Notes under the pieces: model-generated
What the model was told of the DNA's origin: nothing
Databases searched by the model: none
What the model saw: the letters and a program-made list of their open reading frames with translations, nothing else
Shown: piece after piece, positions 14,392 through 27,700 of the stretch
How positions within the stretch are numbered: position 1 is the stretch's first letter
How the letters are laid out: each line of letters opens with the position of its first letter
Made by a program: the position numbers and the translations under genes
DNA from: Bugula neritina
Taxonomy: Eukaryota > Animalia > Bryozoa
Assembly (NCBI GenBank): GCA_964035545.1
Contig: OZ037769.1
Coordinates: 2,790,001 to 2,854,000, forward strand
Reading direction: 5' to 3'
DNA: 64,000 nt

Positions 14392-16518
14392 TCTAAACCG
14401 GTTTAGATACAGCGCAATCTGCCAAATCAAAAAATAAAAATACACATTATTATCGCTAATATAAGAAATTTAGTTGCAAAAATTTCAACGCACGAAACAC
14501 AAGTAAAAATTTCAAAAAACACTTATGTGAAAAAAAGCTATCAATATAATGATATTAGCACTAGGATCATCAACAGTATTAAAAAGGTAGAATAAATTTG
14601 ATGCCTAGCTGTTGAAGGTTTCACAAATGAGCTACTTCAATCCTAGCGAAAATAAAAATCCATAAGGATAATAGTAATGAGAGCTGCTAGTGCTATAAAT
14701 AAGCTACGTGTCTATAAAATAAGAAGTTATTGATGTGTACAATGGTAAGATTTTGGTAACCATATTCACAATTAGACAATGATTATTAGTTTCACAATCA
14801 TAAGCTCAATGATGAATCATGGTGAGTAGGATACGTAACCTGAATAACAAACAAGAGTAAAACTGCAATTTGTTATAAGTTAGCAAGTCAACAAAAATAT
14901 CTATATTTATACTATGCTTATAGCTGGACTCTGATTCTGTTTTGATTTCAAGTGAAAACTTCAAGATATTTAAGACTGCTACTTGAAATTTAAACATAAA
15001 TCTTAACTTAATTACAAACCTGAAATTATCCAAGTATTTATATAATTATAATTTACATTTACAGTTTTAGCTTTTGCAAATGCAGTTAGTGGCTACGATT
15101 ACTGAGTAAAAAATCAATAATAATCAACTAAATTACAAATATATTATTGAAATAATAATGATTATCAACATATTTATAAATTAAAAAAGCCAAAGCCTAT
15201 TTTTAATCTAGCCTTTTCAAAATCAATGTTGGGCTTGCCTTTAGTTTGAGTTTCAAAGTCAAAGTGTCAGACTCAGTAATCGCCATAATCACCGTGGTAA
15301 CTTTACTGTTTAACTTACAGTTAGCTAAGTTACTAGCACTAGCAGTATGAGTATCACTAATGACTACGAATAACCATGATCATTACATAAACAATTACAT
15401 AAACTATAAATATAACTATAAGAAAATCTCAATCTGAATCTCAAACTCAAAATCAATCTGAATCTCAATCTGCGTTACTGTTAGTAATTAGTAATACTAA
15501 TGAGATGCTAACAGCAACAGTGAGTGTGACTGTGAAGTTGATTTTTTGTTGTCAAAGACAAATGTAATACTAATAGTAATTATGTATTGTAAATTTCTAA
15601 ACTAAAACTAAAAGTAAAACTATAAATTATAAATATATAAGATTGTCTACAGAAAATCAACTAGATGTTTGAATCTAATCAGCGTGAATATTAAAAGTTG
15701 AACTGTAATTAAAACAACATATTTTATAATCATATTACTTAATCATAAGATCTAACAATGATGTAGCTTACATTATTATTATTATAATAATTTAGTATTC
15801 ATAGCAATAAATCATTCATTGACCCAGCCCCTTTCATTTTGCCGTTGGATCAGTAAGTTTACTAAGAGAAAAACGCAAGTGGTTACATTCACAATATATC
15901 GGTCAAAGAAACGACGTTATTACATCGATCTTATGCGAAGTTTATATTGGCTGAAATGTTTAGAAGCAGACTAATCAAAGTGTCGCACTCTCTCTATAGG
16001 TATACAAAGCTTTGTAATGTAAATCCTGCATTTGTTACAAAGAATAGTGTCATCCGTAGCCTACATTGCATAGCAAAAATCGAGCTGAGAGTAAAAAGCA
16101 ATTAAACAATAAAAATGTGCAAGATTTACTGTGAACTCAGAACTCAAAGAACAATTTCGAATACCACAGCAAAGGTTTTGTTTTGTTTAGAATATATGCG
16201 TGAATGTTTGTATACTAGCAAATTTATTTTTGGTATGTGGGATCAAATAATGGATCAAAAGTGTTTTTTATTTCTCTGCATACTGTTACACCATTGCATA
16301 TATAATATTACAGCTATATATATGACATAGTATATAAACACAATAAATTCATTACAAAATTAATATGTTTCTACATGACTACACAGTAAACTATTTGCTT
16401 TGCAAACATATTTTACAATATTTACACAGAAATAGAATTATAAATTAATTATATATAAGTGTTCTACAAGGATAGGTGAAGGAACAACTAAAAACTATAA
16501 AAAGAGTGATTAGGCCAA

Positions 16519-19500
16519 TCAAATCTGACATATGTAGTTTATAGGCCCGCCCACTGAGCTGACACGCCCCCATATAGTGTCAGTTCCTTCGTATGACTCC
16601 AAGTACGGGCCGAAGATCTCCCTGCCAATCAGAACATCTTGTCGCAGCAGACTTCGCTCCATCAAGTTCACCACCAGTATCAGTTCATCTAGCTTTGCTG
16701 ACCCCAGGTCAAACACGAGCTGCTTGTTGAAGCTGTATGTGAGGCAGGTTTTTCTAGGTAGAACTTGTGAGGATTTTAGACTTTTTATCTTTTTATATTT
16801 GTGGTACATCGTAGCTTTAACATACACATCTGCAAATAAAATATTTATAACATAGCGAAACTTTTTTTGGGTATTGTTTTTGCAATGAATTAAAATGTAA
16901 AAGTTTTTCTTATCATGAGGAATGCAATTTAATGGTATGATAAATATTATAGTATTTAGTCTTATACAAGATTTCAATTTAAAAATGTTTTTAAATAGAT
17001 AATAGAGCAGTAATTTCACATGTAAGTTATCTTCGTAAGAAAATATTCTCACAATTTTATTATATTTTGAGAAAAAGTGGGAAAATATGTTCATATTTAA
17101 ATTAAAAATTTAACCATTTTAACAAAAATGCTTCAATTAAATATACATCATTATGAATAGATATTTTTAATTTATCGATGTTTGAAATTAAATTTTTTTA
17201 GCAGCCATTTTATTAGCTGCATACATAATCATTGCTTATTATGAATATATTTTTTGTTAAACCAATTCAACTATGCATATAAATAGCATTGCATTAAACC
17301 AATTATAGAATGAATTTGCAGGAATCTCAACTCATTGTATCTACTTGATTTTAAGTTCAATATAATTAAATATTCTTTTATTATTATCAGCTTTGAGCTT
17401 TTATATCTTAATAATAAGTTATTTAAATCGTGAACGCTGATTGGTTGCTAATGTTTTCACCTGACAATCATTCTACTTTATTTTATTTGATATTATGGTA
17501 TATCTTATTTATAGAATGTAATATTCAATTAGTTCTAGCTTTAAAGGTAATCTGTATATACCCAATGAAAAGACCGTTTACAGCTATTATCTCAGTCATA
17601 AGCATATTGAGCAAAAATACCAAAATACAGGTTAAATTACACAACGTACGGTTATCATAAAATCTGTTGATATTGGAGATCTCCAACTTGTTGATGGTGA
17701 GCAGAAATTCTAACTTCTGGATGTCATGTTCTAAAGTCACTAAAAGGGAGGCACCTATTGCACTTTCCTGAGAACAACAATATAAAATTTATATGATGTG
17801 TTGTAAGTAATATAATAATATGGCTTATATTAGATATAATACAATGTTATACACGGCATAATTATATTAAATTAAAAGAATCCAACTTAATTGTAGTAGT
17901 TTGTGTGCTTTGATATATATTACCCAATCATAAAATTAAATTTCAACATTAAGCTGTCTATTTGATGGAGTTTTTTATTTGTTGCTATGGTAACTGTTGC
18001 TATAGCATCACAGTAATTTTCTAAAGCAAGCTTTGATCAAATACACATTCCTATAAATGTGTAACTAGAAAAAAATATTTAAGTAATTTTGCAAAAATAA
18101 CCATTACCAAGTATTACACCCTCTTTAACTAGTAAGTTGAACGATTAGTGTTAATGTACTATATATAGTAGTCTATCACAGCACTAAACTTTCAGCTTAC
18201 TAGTTAAAGATTGTGCAATACTCTAAATTAGTTGTACAACATGGCTGAAGTACCTTGAGTTGCCTACTCAACATCTTGGCCTGCTCACGTGGAACTTCCT
18301 TACACGCCTCTTTGTAATCATCGGAATCTATATGAAGTTTAGTAGTGCCATGAGCCAAACAGATATCCTGACAGCTTGAATCTAACAGTATCACCTCCAG
18401 CACTGTTCCTACATCCAACAATGTACAAAATTCAGTACAGTATGCAACATTTAAACAGATATAACCACATAATATAATGTAGCATTTTTAGCACCACTTC
18501 TGCAATTTTGATATTTTACATAAAAACACACGCATGGCTCAAACCTACAGAAATAATAGCAACTGGCATTTGAAATAGAACGATTAGATTTTTTTCCAAA
18601 GAATTAGTCAATCTCTTGGCTCACCGATTGGCACACAGATGTTCTTATCGATGTCGAGACAGCCAGAGTTTGTTGTTGAGTCGATAGTTTCAATCTGTCG
18701 TCCGTCAGTATTGCTTCGAATCACGCATCTCATCCGAATGTTATCATTTAGTTTGGGTAAGTTTTGTACACAAGACAAGTGCAGTTTCACTCTGAAAATA
18801 CAATTACAAAATTCTAACTCTGGCAATAATACAGAATTTTTAAAAATGCACATTTAGATTTGAACACATTTATCAACAATGTATATTTTGCATGAAAGTC
18901 TTGTCTAACATTTGACTTAAAATTTAAGATAGTTGAGAAAGAAAAAGATGCCATTAATAGAGTTTAAAGCCTGATTATCTACAAACCTGACTATTGGTGC
19001 AAACTGTATTCTTATCAACTTCCAACTCAAGAAAGGAAGGCTGAATAATAAACTTACTAACAGCCCTTTTTACATCATGAAATCTGAGCACAATTAGCTG
19101 CACTTATGAAGCTGTGATTACAGCTCATTGCAACAAGACAATAATATCACTAAATCTATTTATTATATGAACTAATATTACTCTATTGGCAGCAATTATA
19201 TAACTACCTTACTTTATAAGTATTACTTACATATAATATATGTAAGTAATACTTATATTAGTATATTATACCACTAACATATATACTACTTATATATATA
19301 TATTATAATACTTGCATAATATATACTATATAGCACTTGTACACCTACTGTGACATATTGTATCTACTGTATATCTACTGTATATCTACTGTATATCTAC
19401 AGTATATCTACTGTGATATACAGTATATCTACTGTGATATACTGTATATCTACTGTGATATACTGTATATCTACTGAGATATATTGTATCTACACTCACC

Positions 19501-20944
19501 TCTTACTGCTGCCTTCATCTGCTGTCACTGTGTATATCAGCTCTCCAAGCAGCCTATCAACTCTGCTCTGCTTGAAAAACTCAGAACTCAAAGCTCCGCC
19601 CCAGTCAGTTGTGTGGTAAAGGTCAAGTTTAAGGTCACTGACAGTCAGTGCAGATTCTTTGCTGCTATTGGCTGTTCGAAATGTCACAGATGAAGGCATG
19701 GTATTTCTTCTCTTTGGTATTGGTGTGGAGGCTGGGGTAGAGTTGCGACTTCCGTAATCAGTCTGTTTATAATATTCTTCTTGGTCTACAGTATATTTTG
19801 ATAAGTGTAGCTACAGGTGTATGTATGTGTGTGTGTGTGCGTGTGTGCGTGCGTGTGTGTGTGTGTGCGTGTGTGCGTGTGTGCGTGCGTGTGCCTGTGT
19901 GTGCCTGGGTGTGCCTATGTGTGCCTGTGTATGAATTTCTCAGTCTAATAATGAAATTATATGGCAATTTTGCTCAGTCAGATTATAAGGGACGAACCTG
20001 GTTGTTGAAGACTCTTAATTTCTGGGATCCAAAAATCCACTTTAGGCTCAGCTTTGACAACTGAAGCAGGCATGAGAATCTCTATTTTACATTTCTTATT
20101 ATCCGCGTGTTTGTGATTCGATTTGGTTGTAGTAGGAGAAGATAACACTGGAATAGAAATACTAAGGCCCATAGCAATACAGTCGAAATGTTTTTACAAT
20201 AAGATACAATGCCATGTCTTCCACTATACACTAAATGTGAACAATAATATTGACCGATTGATTCATTGCCTGTTATATCATAACCATTTGATGACCAGGG
20301 TAGTCGGCTGCTTTTAGTAGAGTTCAAGAGTTCAGATGTCATTGATTGTTATCTGAATGATAATTGGCTGTGTTCTACTTGTCACGTGTTTTACTTTTTA
20401 AAAGCATTATTTGATCCACTACAGCTCTATAAATTTCAAATTTCATTTCAATAGTTAAATAAAATATTAATGTGAGTAATGTAGAGTATAACATATAGTA
20501 TATAAAAAGTATATAACATAGTATATAGGAAGTATGTACAGTATATACGCAGTCTAAGCTGTATATAGTATATAGAGTGTATATGTATAGGATATATATG
20601 TAGTTGATATAATATAAAACACATATAGTATAAAGCGCACGTATAAATTATACATCAAAGAAACAAAAAACAGTTGGCACATTATAGCATGTATAAATGG
20701 CTTGTGAGACATAGACATGCTATATCTGATAGAAGGCATATTTTTGAGATGAGCTAATATCTTTCTATTCTGTAGCTACTTGTGTAAATAACTACCAACC
20801 ACTGGTAGCTTTCAGAACTATTGGCTTCTTTTCCTCTTCACTTTCATCATCTGTGTCTGCGGTCCCTTTCTTACAGCACGAATAAATAGAAATAAGATGT
20901 CCACCGACAGCGGATAACCATTTTATACTTTTTAACTTCTCCAT
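16519..20944 (-). CDS. Divergent tandem-C2 synaptotagmin-like protein (SYT15/TC2N-like), ~443 aa, no TM helix; exons 20944-20800, 20147-19998, 19785-19500, 18791-18625, 18408-18254, 17767-17650, 16829-16519
   Basis: Seven exons join in frame. It has a VDFWIP motif, DLKLDLY and LLGELIYTV entering C2A, and C2B motifs VYVKATM..KYKKIKS, FNKQLVFDL and IGREIFGPY..W resembling SYT15. Confidence 0.72.
19349..19492. repeat. ~21-bp degenerate minisatellite (TACTGTATATCTACTGTGATA) beside a splice donor
   Basis: Visible array ending about 7 nt from the donor at 19499. Confidence 0.85.
19815..19931. repeat. (GT)n/(GTGC)n microsatellite
   Basis: Directly visible. Confidence 0.95.
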
Positions 20945-22353
20945 CTTAGCTACAGTTTCCTCATATCTACACAGAAATGTATAAATGAGACCGGCCTATT
21001 TGATTTAATGTAGAGAAAAGATTAATAATAACTTTTAAATAAAATGAAATAAATAAAATAGAATAAAAATTAAGCTCCAATTAAACAAATGCAAAGAAAC
21101 GACTTTGTAATAATTTTCAATGTGTCATAGCAAAAGCATATTATATAGCGCAACTTATTTTCTTTATTAGAAGATACAACTTTTAGTGAATTGTAAGTAG
21201 TCAGCAAAGCTGCGTTGAAATCCAGCTTTTCAACTAGATATGCTGTACTCATTAACCTATGACACTTATTTCAACAACTTTTCCGATATTCCTTTTAGCG
21301 CTGTCTATTACAATATATGGTGCAGAATGATAAAATCTATAATGGCTTTGGACAACTGCAAAAATCTCATGGGGAAAAGGTGACTAACCTATTACAGCTA
21401 TAGCACTTGTTAATAGTTTAAAGTAGAGTAAACTGACAATAAAACCCTCTAACAAATGATATTCCTTCTACCAGATGGCAAGAATATCTACCATTTGTGA
21501 ATGCATCATTGACTATAGCTAACAGTGAAATCAATATTACAGTTCTATGACATAGCAATCTCCCAAGAAATGCAGTCTTAAATAGTTCAAATATAATTAC
21601 AATATTATGTTTGTTCTAGGTTTAAGCCAACATAATTGATTCGAATCAAATGAGTCACTGTAAACATGAATGAAGTTAAAATGGCATTTTAATGATAGCT
21701 TTGCATAATTTTAAGGAATGTATCGCGTAAAAGCTAGTGCTTCAAGGCTTATGTTGTCATGAATAAGCTATAAAAAGCGTTTGACAGATAAAAATAGCTG
21801 CCATGCAGAAGTAACAAAATTTGGATAAAATAAAGACAATGCCGGGAGTTGTGCATCTTTGAGTAAAACAAACCATATACGATAAAAAACTAGCATTTCT
21901 TGGCACAAAGAACAAGAGTTTGAATTTCATGACGTTGAATCACAGAACAGAGAAGCAAACTCCAACCTAATACTTTCATCGGTCAAACTTCTATATACGT
22001 TACTTAATATTTATAACTTTAGATTGATTTGTAAAAGTTCAGATTTTACCTTTTAGATCAAAGTTACTAGGTGCTAATGCATTGCATATAATATTCTAAC
22101 AACTTATTAATCGAGTGATAATGAAACAGGGCATTGCTCTATACTGAATTGTGAACCAAAGCCATAATCAATAAAGTTCCAAGTGAAACATATTTTTGAT
22201 CTCTATTTAGCATTAATTGGCTTCTATTTTATTACCAGATGAAAGCTAAAATGAAGCATTTTCAAGAAATATACATCAAATTGAATAGAAAAAATTCAAT
22301 CATTGTCACTAACTACCAAATAGCATATATTGTGGCGTAGTGATTGTCCAGTA

Positions 22354-22425
22354 GCCCTCATAGTGTAATGGTTAGCAAGGTTAGTTGCAAGTTAGAGGTC
22401 TGTGGTTCGATTCCAAGTGGGGGCA
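22354..22425 (+). pseudogene. tRNA-like pseudogene or tRNA-derived SINE head (anticodon loop GCA, Cys-like)
   Basis: The acceptor stem GCCCTCA/TGGGGGC pairs, and the A-box TAGTGTAATGG and B-box GGTTCGATTCC are present. The anticodon and T stems carry mismatches. Confidence 0.65.
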
Positions 22426-24760
22426 GAAGGCTTTACATATAACACATTATAAATTACTAGTTTGGTTTGGTGACTAATATAACAATAACAATATATGATA
22501 TAATACATTACCTTACATGTCAATAACATTAACCAACTATAGAATTTCGTAAGGGGCTCTTTAATTCAAACAGAACAAGATGATAATTTAAACTCAGTTC
22601 AGCCTGTCGTTAAATTATTGCTGCCAGGCTACAGTAGCTGACTTCCACTATATGTGCATGGTTGGGAGCTTAGTTCCGAAGTTGGTGAGGGACCAAGGGA
22701 ATTGTTATTATTCTCTACTTACAATTGTCAACTGTTACTATTTTCACCACAACACCATTATTTATGTTCCCATGTTAATTAGATATTACTAGATCAATAA
22801 TAATATATAGATCTACATTTACTATTGTGTATAATGCTGTATAAAGTGCATTTGCAATGCGTTTTATGTAGAGGCACTTTATGCATGAACCCAACCACGT
22901 AATCCGTTGTATATATCAAACTCGCCAACACGGACTCTATGTATTGCATGCTTAACTAATTGAAGAAATAACATAGACTGGAGACCCTAGTTTAAAAATG
23001 GATAGTAAATAGTGTTGTTTAAATTGGTGCAAATAAATTCAGTTTTATGGTAAATTAATATCATGACTTGGAAATGCCTTCCGGTACAGATAGTTTGCAC
23101 ACTCTTGCCTGAACTGAATATAAAGTATAATGCCTGATTCACAGATTACGTAAGCCTAAATGATAGCATATTATTTTAATGTTTTGAGATTACCAGATTT
23201 CTACTTCACAGAAGCAGTTTGGTTGTAGTCTAAACAGAAAAAGTACATTTCAATAATCAGATTGACAAAAATTCGTACTTTCAAGCTGTTATGAAAAAAA
23301 AATCGCTCATTATTAAAAGACTCGTGTGCATCACAATGTTTGGATTTTGGTTATTTGAAAATTTTTGCCATCTAATAACATTTGTTCATATGATTTGGCA
23401 TTTTATTAGTTTCATGGGAATGCATATGGTATGAATAACTCTTAATTTTTAAATTCAGTGTATAGAAACAAGTTCTATATAGTTGCCTCTAAGAGTTTCA
23501 GCTGGGATCATTTAATGTTTCCATTATGTTCAATAAACTGTTAACTTATCTAGTTTTCTTATGAAATATTTTCAGCTTTTAACCTGCAAACAATTTGCTG
23601 CTGCTTTTGTCAGCACACAGAACACAGGTATATTTAGGCTGCAATTTATACAACTCATATAACGGTTGTAGTTTTGATAGTTCTAAAGCAAATGCATTAC
23701 CAATTAACTTCTAAAAATTGTAGCCATTACTGAGTTGAGCTTAGTATAAAATTTATAGACATGCTGACGACAGAAAAACACTGAAACATCGAGTTAATGA
23801 AGTCATGTGTTTAACTTACCGGTTGCAGCACCTTAGCTCTTTGATAACTGTAAAGTAAGTAACACCAAAATCATTTATTGCGTAAAGTCATATGATAGAA
23901 TGAGATTGATTTACCTACTATACTGATGTATGTGGTGTAAGCTTATTGAAACTTAAGCGCTATATCTGGTTGAATATATAAAATGTATATATTAATAGCA
24001 TACTAGCAGTTATAACGTGTGTATAATATTGATTCTTCTGTGTCACTCTTTAGCCACTATTATATCTAGCATATTATTATGTAATTATTTAGTATATTCA
24101 CATTACATTGTAAATAAAATACTAAGTGTTAAAACAACTGTTTGATTTTTTTGATGATGCAGAAATCATTTACATTTATATGAAAAGTTTGTCTTATATC
24201 ATCTGTACTATATATAAGTATTATTATATTAGTACAACTGTATATACCTTAATATTCTACACATTAACTAGTATTATAATAATATATGTTTATAAACTGC
24301 ATTATTATGTATTATAATATATAGAGCTGATAGGTGCATGTCATCTTATTAATGTATCATTGAAACTAGCCACCATGCATAGTAATAGAGATGTAGTTAT
24401 ACATTTTACTGTAAGGGTTGTTAAAAAAGCATATCTAGTTTAAACTGATATTCTTATGTATTGCATGGCAAACAGAGTCAAAATACTCTATATACTTGAC
24501 ATGTTAAACACAGTACTTTAATTATTAAAGTCTTGTTATGTAACATATTTGTTGTTTCTCTTGATGCTTTTTCTCTCGTGTAGAAAAGGCAGCATGGAAT
24601 ATTAAAATAAAGCATTTACTGGGAGTAATCTTATCTTCAGAGACAAAACAGAGTTTCACGATGCATTGAAGAAAACAATTTATTGTAACATTTTCAGTGA
24701 ACAAATCAAGCTAGCATTCATGTCTTTCTCACGGTGCTGCCAAATGTAACAGCTGTTCTT

Positions 24761-27700
24761 CTAAGCAGAACCGTTTTCTTTAGCTAGTTTTGCGGCAGCA
24801 ATAGAGTATTTGACGATAGTGGCTGCTGACTCAGCATCGGCAGCAAGCAAGTCTATTCCCTCCGCGACAATAAAGTTGTAAATGTTACCAAACAGTGTTA
24901 CGGTGACGTCGGTGTTAGTGAACTTTCCAGTAAAGAAATCGTAGTTGTAACGATCATAGAGGCACTGAAAAAATAAAGGTAAGTTTATACAAACCAGAGT
25001 ACCCTGGCAACAGCAGTGTTATTATTATTGCAGCTTTCACGAGCTTTAATTAAATATTAACATTTTCAAATTTGAGTTTAATATATTATTTACATTTATT
25101 ATTATTAATTATATTTATATTATTCAGTATATATATTCACCATTAGTTTAATTTTTCTGTTTTCTGCTTTTTGAATTACGTATTTTAATCAGCAATACAC
25201 TTGTAGTAGTTTGACTAACACATGGAAGTATATATACTGATACTGGTATAGCAAGACAAGACTAAGTTATGTACCTTAACAATGGCAAAGCTATTGTCGA
25301 TGGCGTTGTCTTCTATCCAGGCAGCGTCAATCCTTTCCACTTCTAATGCATCATTGGCAACTTTCCATCCGGGGCAAGCTGTATTAATATAAAACATACT
25401 CACCTACAGCAACTGCAACAAACGGCTGCATTTTTATATGTTTTTGTACCCAAGTATACTTAAATGCATTTGTTTGGAGTGTACAGTGATACAATTCGCA
25501 TAAATTATGTCTGATTATGATGAGAGACTGTAACATCTGATAAATTATTCTACTAAAAATGGTTAAATGCAAAGAGAATGTTAAAGTGAGTTTTTAAATT
25601 TGGTTTTCCAATTAGTAGATCCTTGTGATTGTTTTTAGACCAATTATAATAATACAAACTACTTCATAGCTACTAAGCAATATAATAATACAGGGTTTCA
25701 CTCTAACAGAACCTCATTTGTATAAACATAAAGCCCAGTTTTCTGAAAATGTAAATAATATACTCACAAATTTCAGCATCAAAACTGCAGTCGCTACAGA
25801 TATTTGGATTAGCGTAGTAGCCACATTTGTCATTATTCGTTCTCAAGTCATTGCAGCTTGGTGGGCTGGATGGCAGAGGTGATGCTGTAGTGGTTATAGC
25901 ATCAGTCCTTTTAGTCAAGTCTGTTGGAAACCCAAAACATGCTTAACTATGCAGCAAAGCCTGGATATGATATTTTCTAGGTTTTATACAAATTACTTCA
26001 TGTTGAAATCGAGTAAAGAATATAGATTAAAAAGTTTCATTTTACTTAACATTTTTAAACATTATATACATATTTGTAATTTGAAAAAAATGGGAAAAAA
26101 TTTAGAAGCCATATATTCTACTTATTACCATTGAAATATAACTTTTAATTCAGCGGTAACTGAGGTGAAAGTGGAAACAACTCCTAATCTTTCATTTAAT
26201 ATATGTTGGAATTTATTAGTATGTATAAGTAAGAAATTGCAAATTAGTGCTACATGAGATATTGATTAGGTGGTGTAAAAATTTAGTTCATCAAATAATA
26301 TTAGTGCCAAATGTCGACTGAAAGTTTGGTACTGAATTTGGCCTACTTATATTAAAAATAAATTAAGATATAGAACTTACAGTTTAGGGATCTCCTTCTT
26401 TTGCCTACAAACAAAATACACACAATGAGCTATTAAATATATTTAAATAGAGCAATTTGTATTGAGCACAAGATCTTATTCATTCACTTCACATCTAGTG
26501 AATTTGCTGCAATCGTCTTAAAACAAATGATAGTATCAATGCAACTGCATCTATCTTTGTTAACCTGCAGACTTACTAAAAAATCTTTTCTCATATATTT
26601 TCCAAGTAGCAGTCATAAAGAATACGCACAAACAATTGATCCTATTATCATTAATTGTTGACCCTACATAGAGATGATAACTCTTGAAAAATTCTAACTT
26701 ACTAATAATTATATCATTATTTTAAATTTTTGATGATACCTGTGATGAGGTTACCAACAAAGTTGGCAGCGTTTTGCAGAGTATCTATTGCGTCTGAACC
26801 AAAACTAATGATTTGCTTTCCGGCGTTTGTTGCAAAATTAAGTGCAGTATCTAAAATTGCAAACAACACAAACTACAAATAATAAAAAAATAAATTATGT
26901 ATTTATCAACTACCAGGTATACTAGCTGTTGCAAGTAACAATATCATATGAAAACATGTTTTGCTGCATTATGGTTTAGTAAATTATAATGTCAATGCTG
27001 AGTACAAGTACAGCTTCTGTCAATGTGCCAGCATGTCAACCTATACACCAATCTCTCATATTACTGACACATAAGCAGACGACGTTGAAAAAGAATTAAA
27101 AATACTTTGCCATTTAGAGCTTTTTTTAACAGGTGACAAAAACTTTCAGGTAAAACCAGATTCAAATAATAACAAGAACACAATTTTTAAAGCAAAAAAA
27201 TTGTATAATATCAAGCATCGAATTTGATAACTAGAGTTGCTATAATAAACTTATTCGATCAATAAAAATTTGCACATCTGTATTCTAGAAACTGCGTCTT
27301 TGCTTAATCAAAATTTGAAACTTATTTTGAAAAGTGACTCACTGATTGCTGCGGTGAACTCTGCTCCAGCAACTATGGCAACTTTCTGAGCACCATTCAC
27401 ACCACTTCTGATATCTAAACTCAAACAATACACAGTTTAATAGTACTAAAATAAAGCACTATAACCAAGTTATTGATGATACTACACGAGTTATATAGAA
27501 AGAATTATATGTCTGCAACGGAGCATCATAAGTAAGTAATATTAGTTTAAATTACATTCTGATTTCAAGCATATATATTATGATAATGAATAATTATGAT
27601 AGAACTACCCATAATAACTTATGAAGTTGTCAAAGAATGCTAGTTAAATATATTATGATTAGAACTTGTTTATACGTCAGCCTAATGTTGACATTTTAAG

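Noticed and set aside
20082-20342. 86-aa minus-strand ORF as an exon of the C2 gene
   Set aside because: The nearby acceptor at ~20353 hits stops in all three phases; the gene splices cleanly from 20800 to 20147 in another frame.
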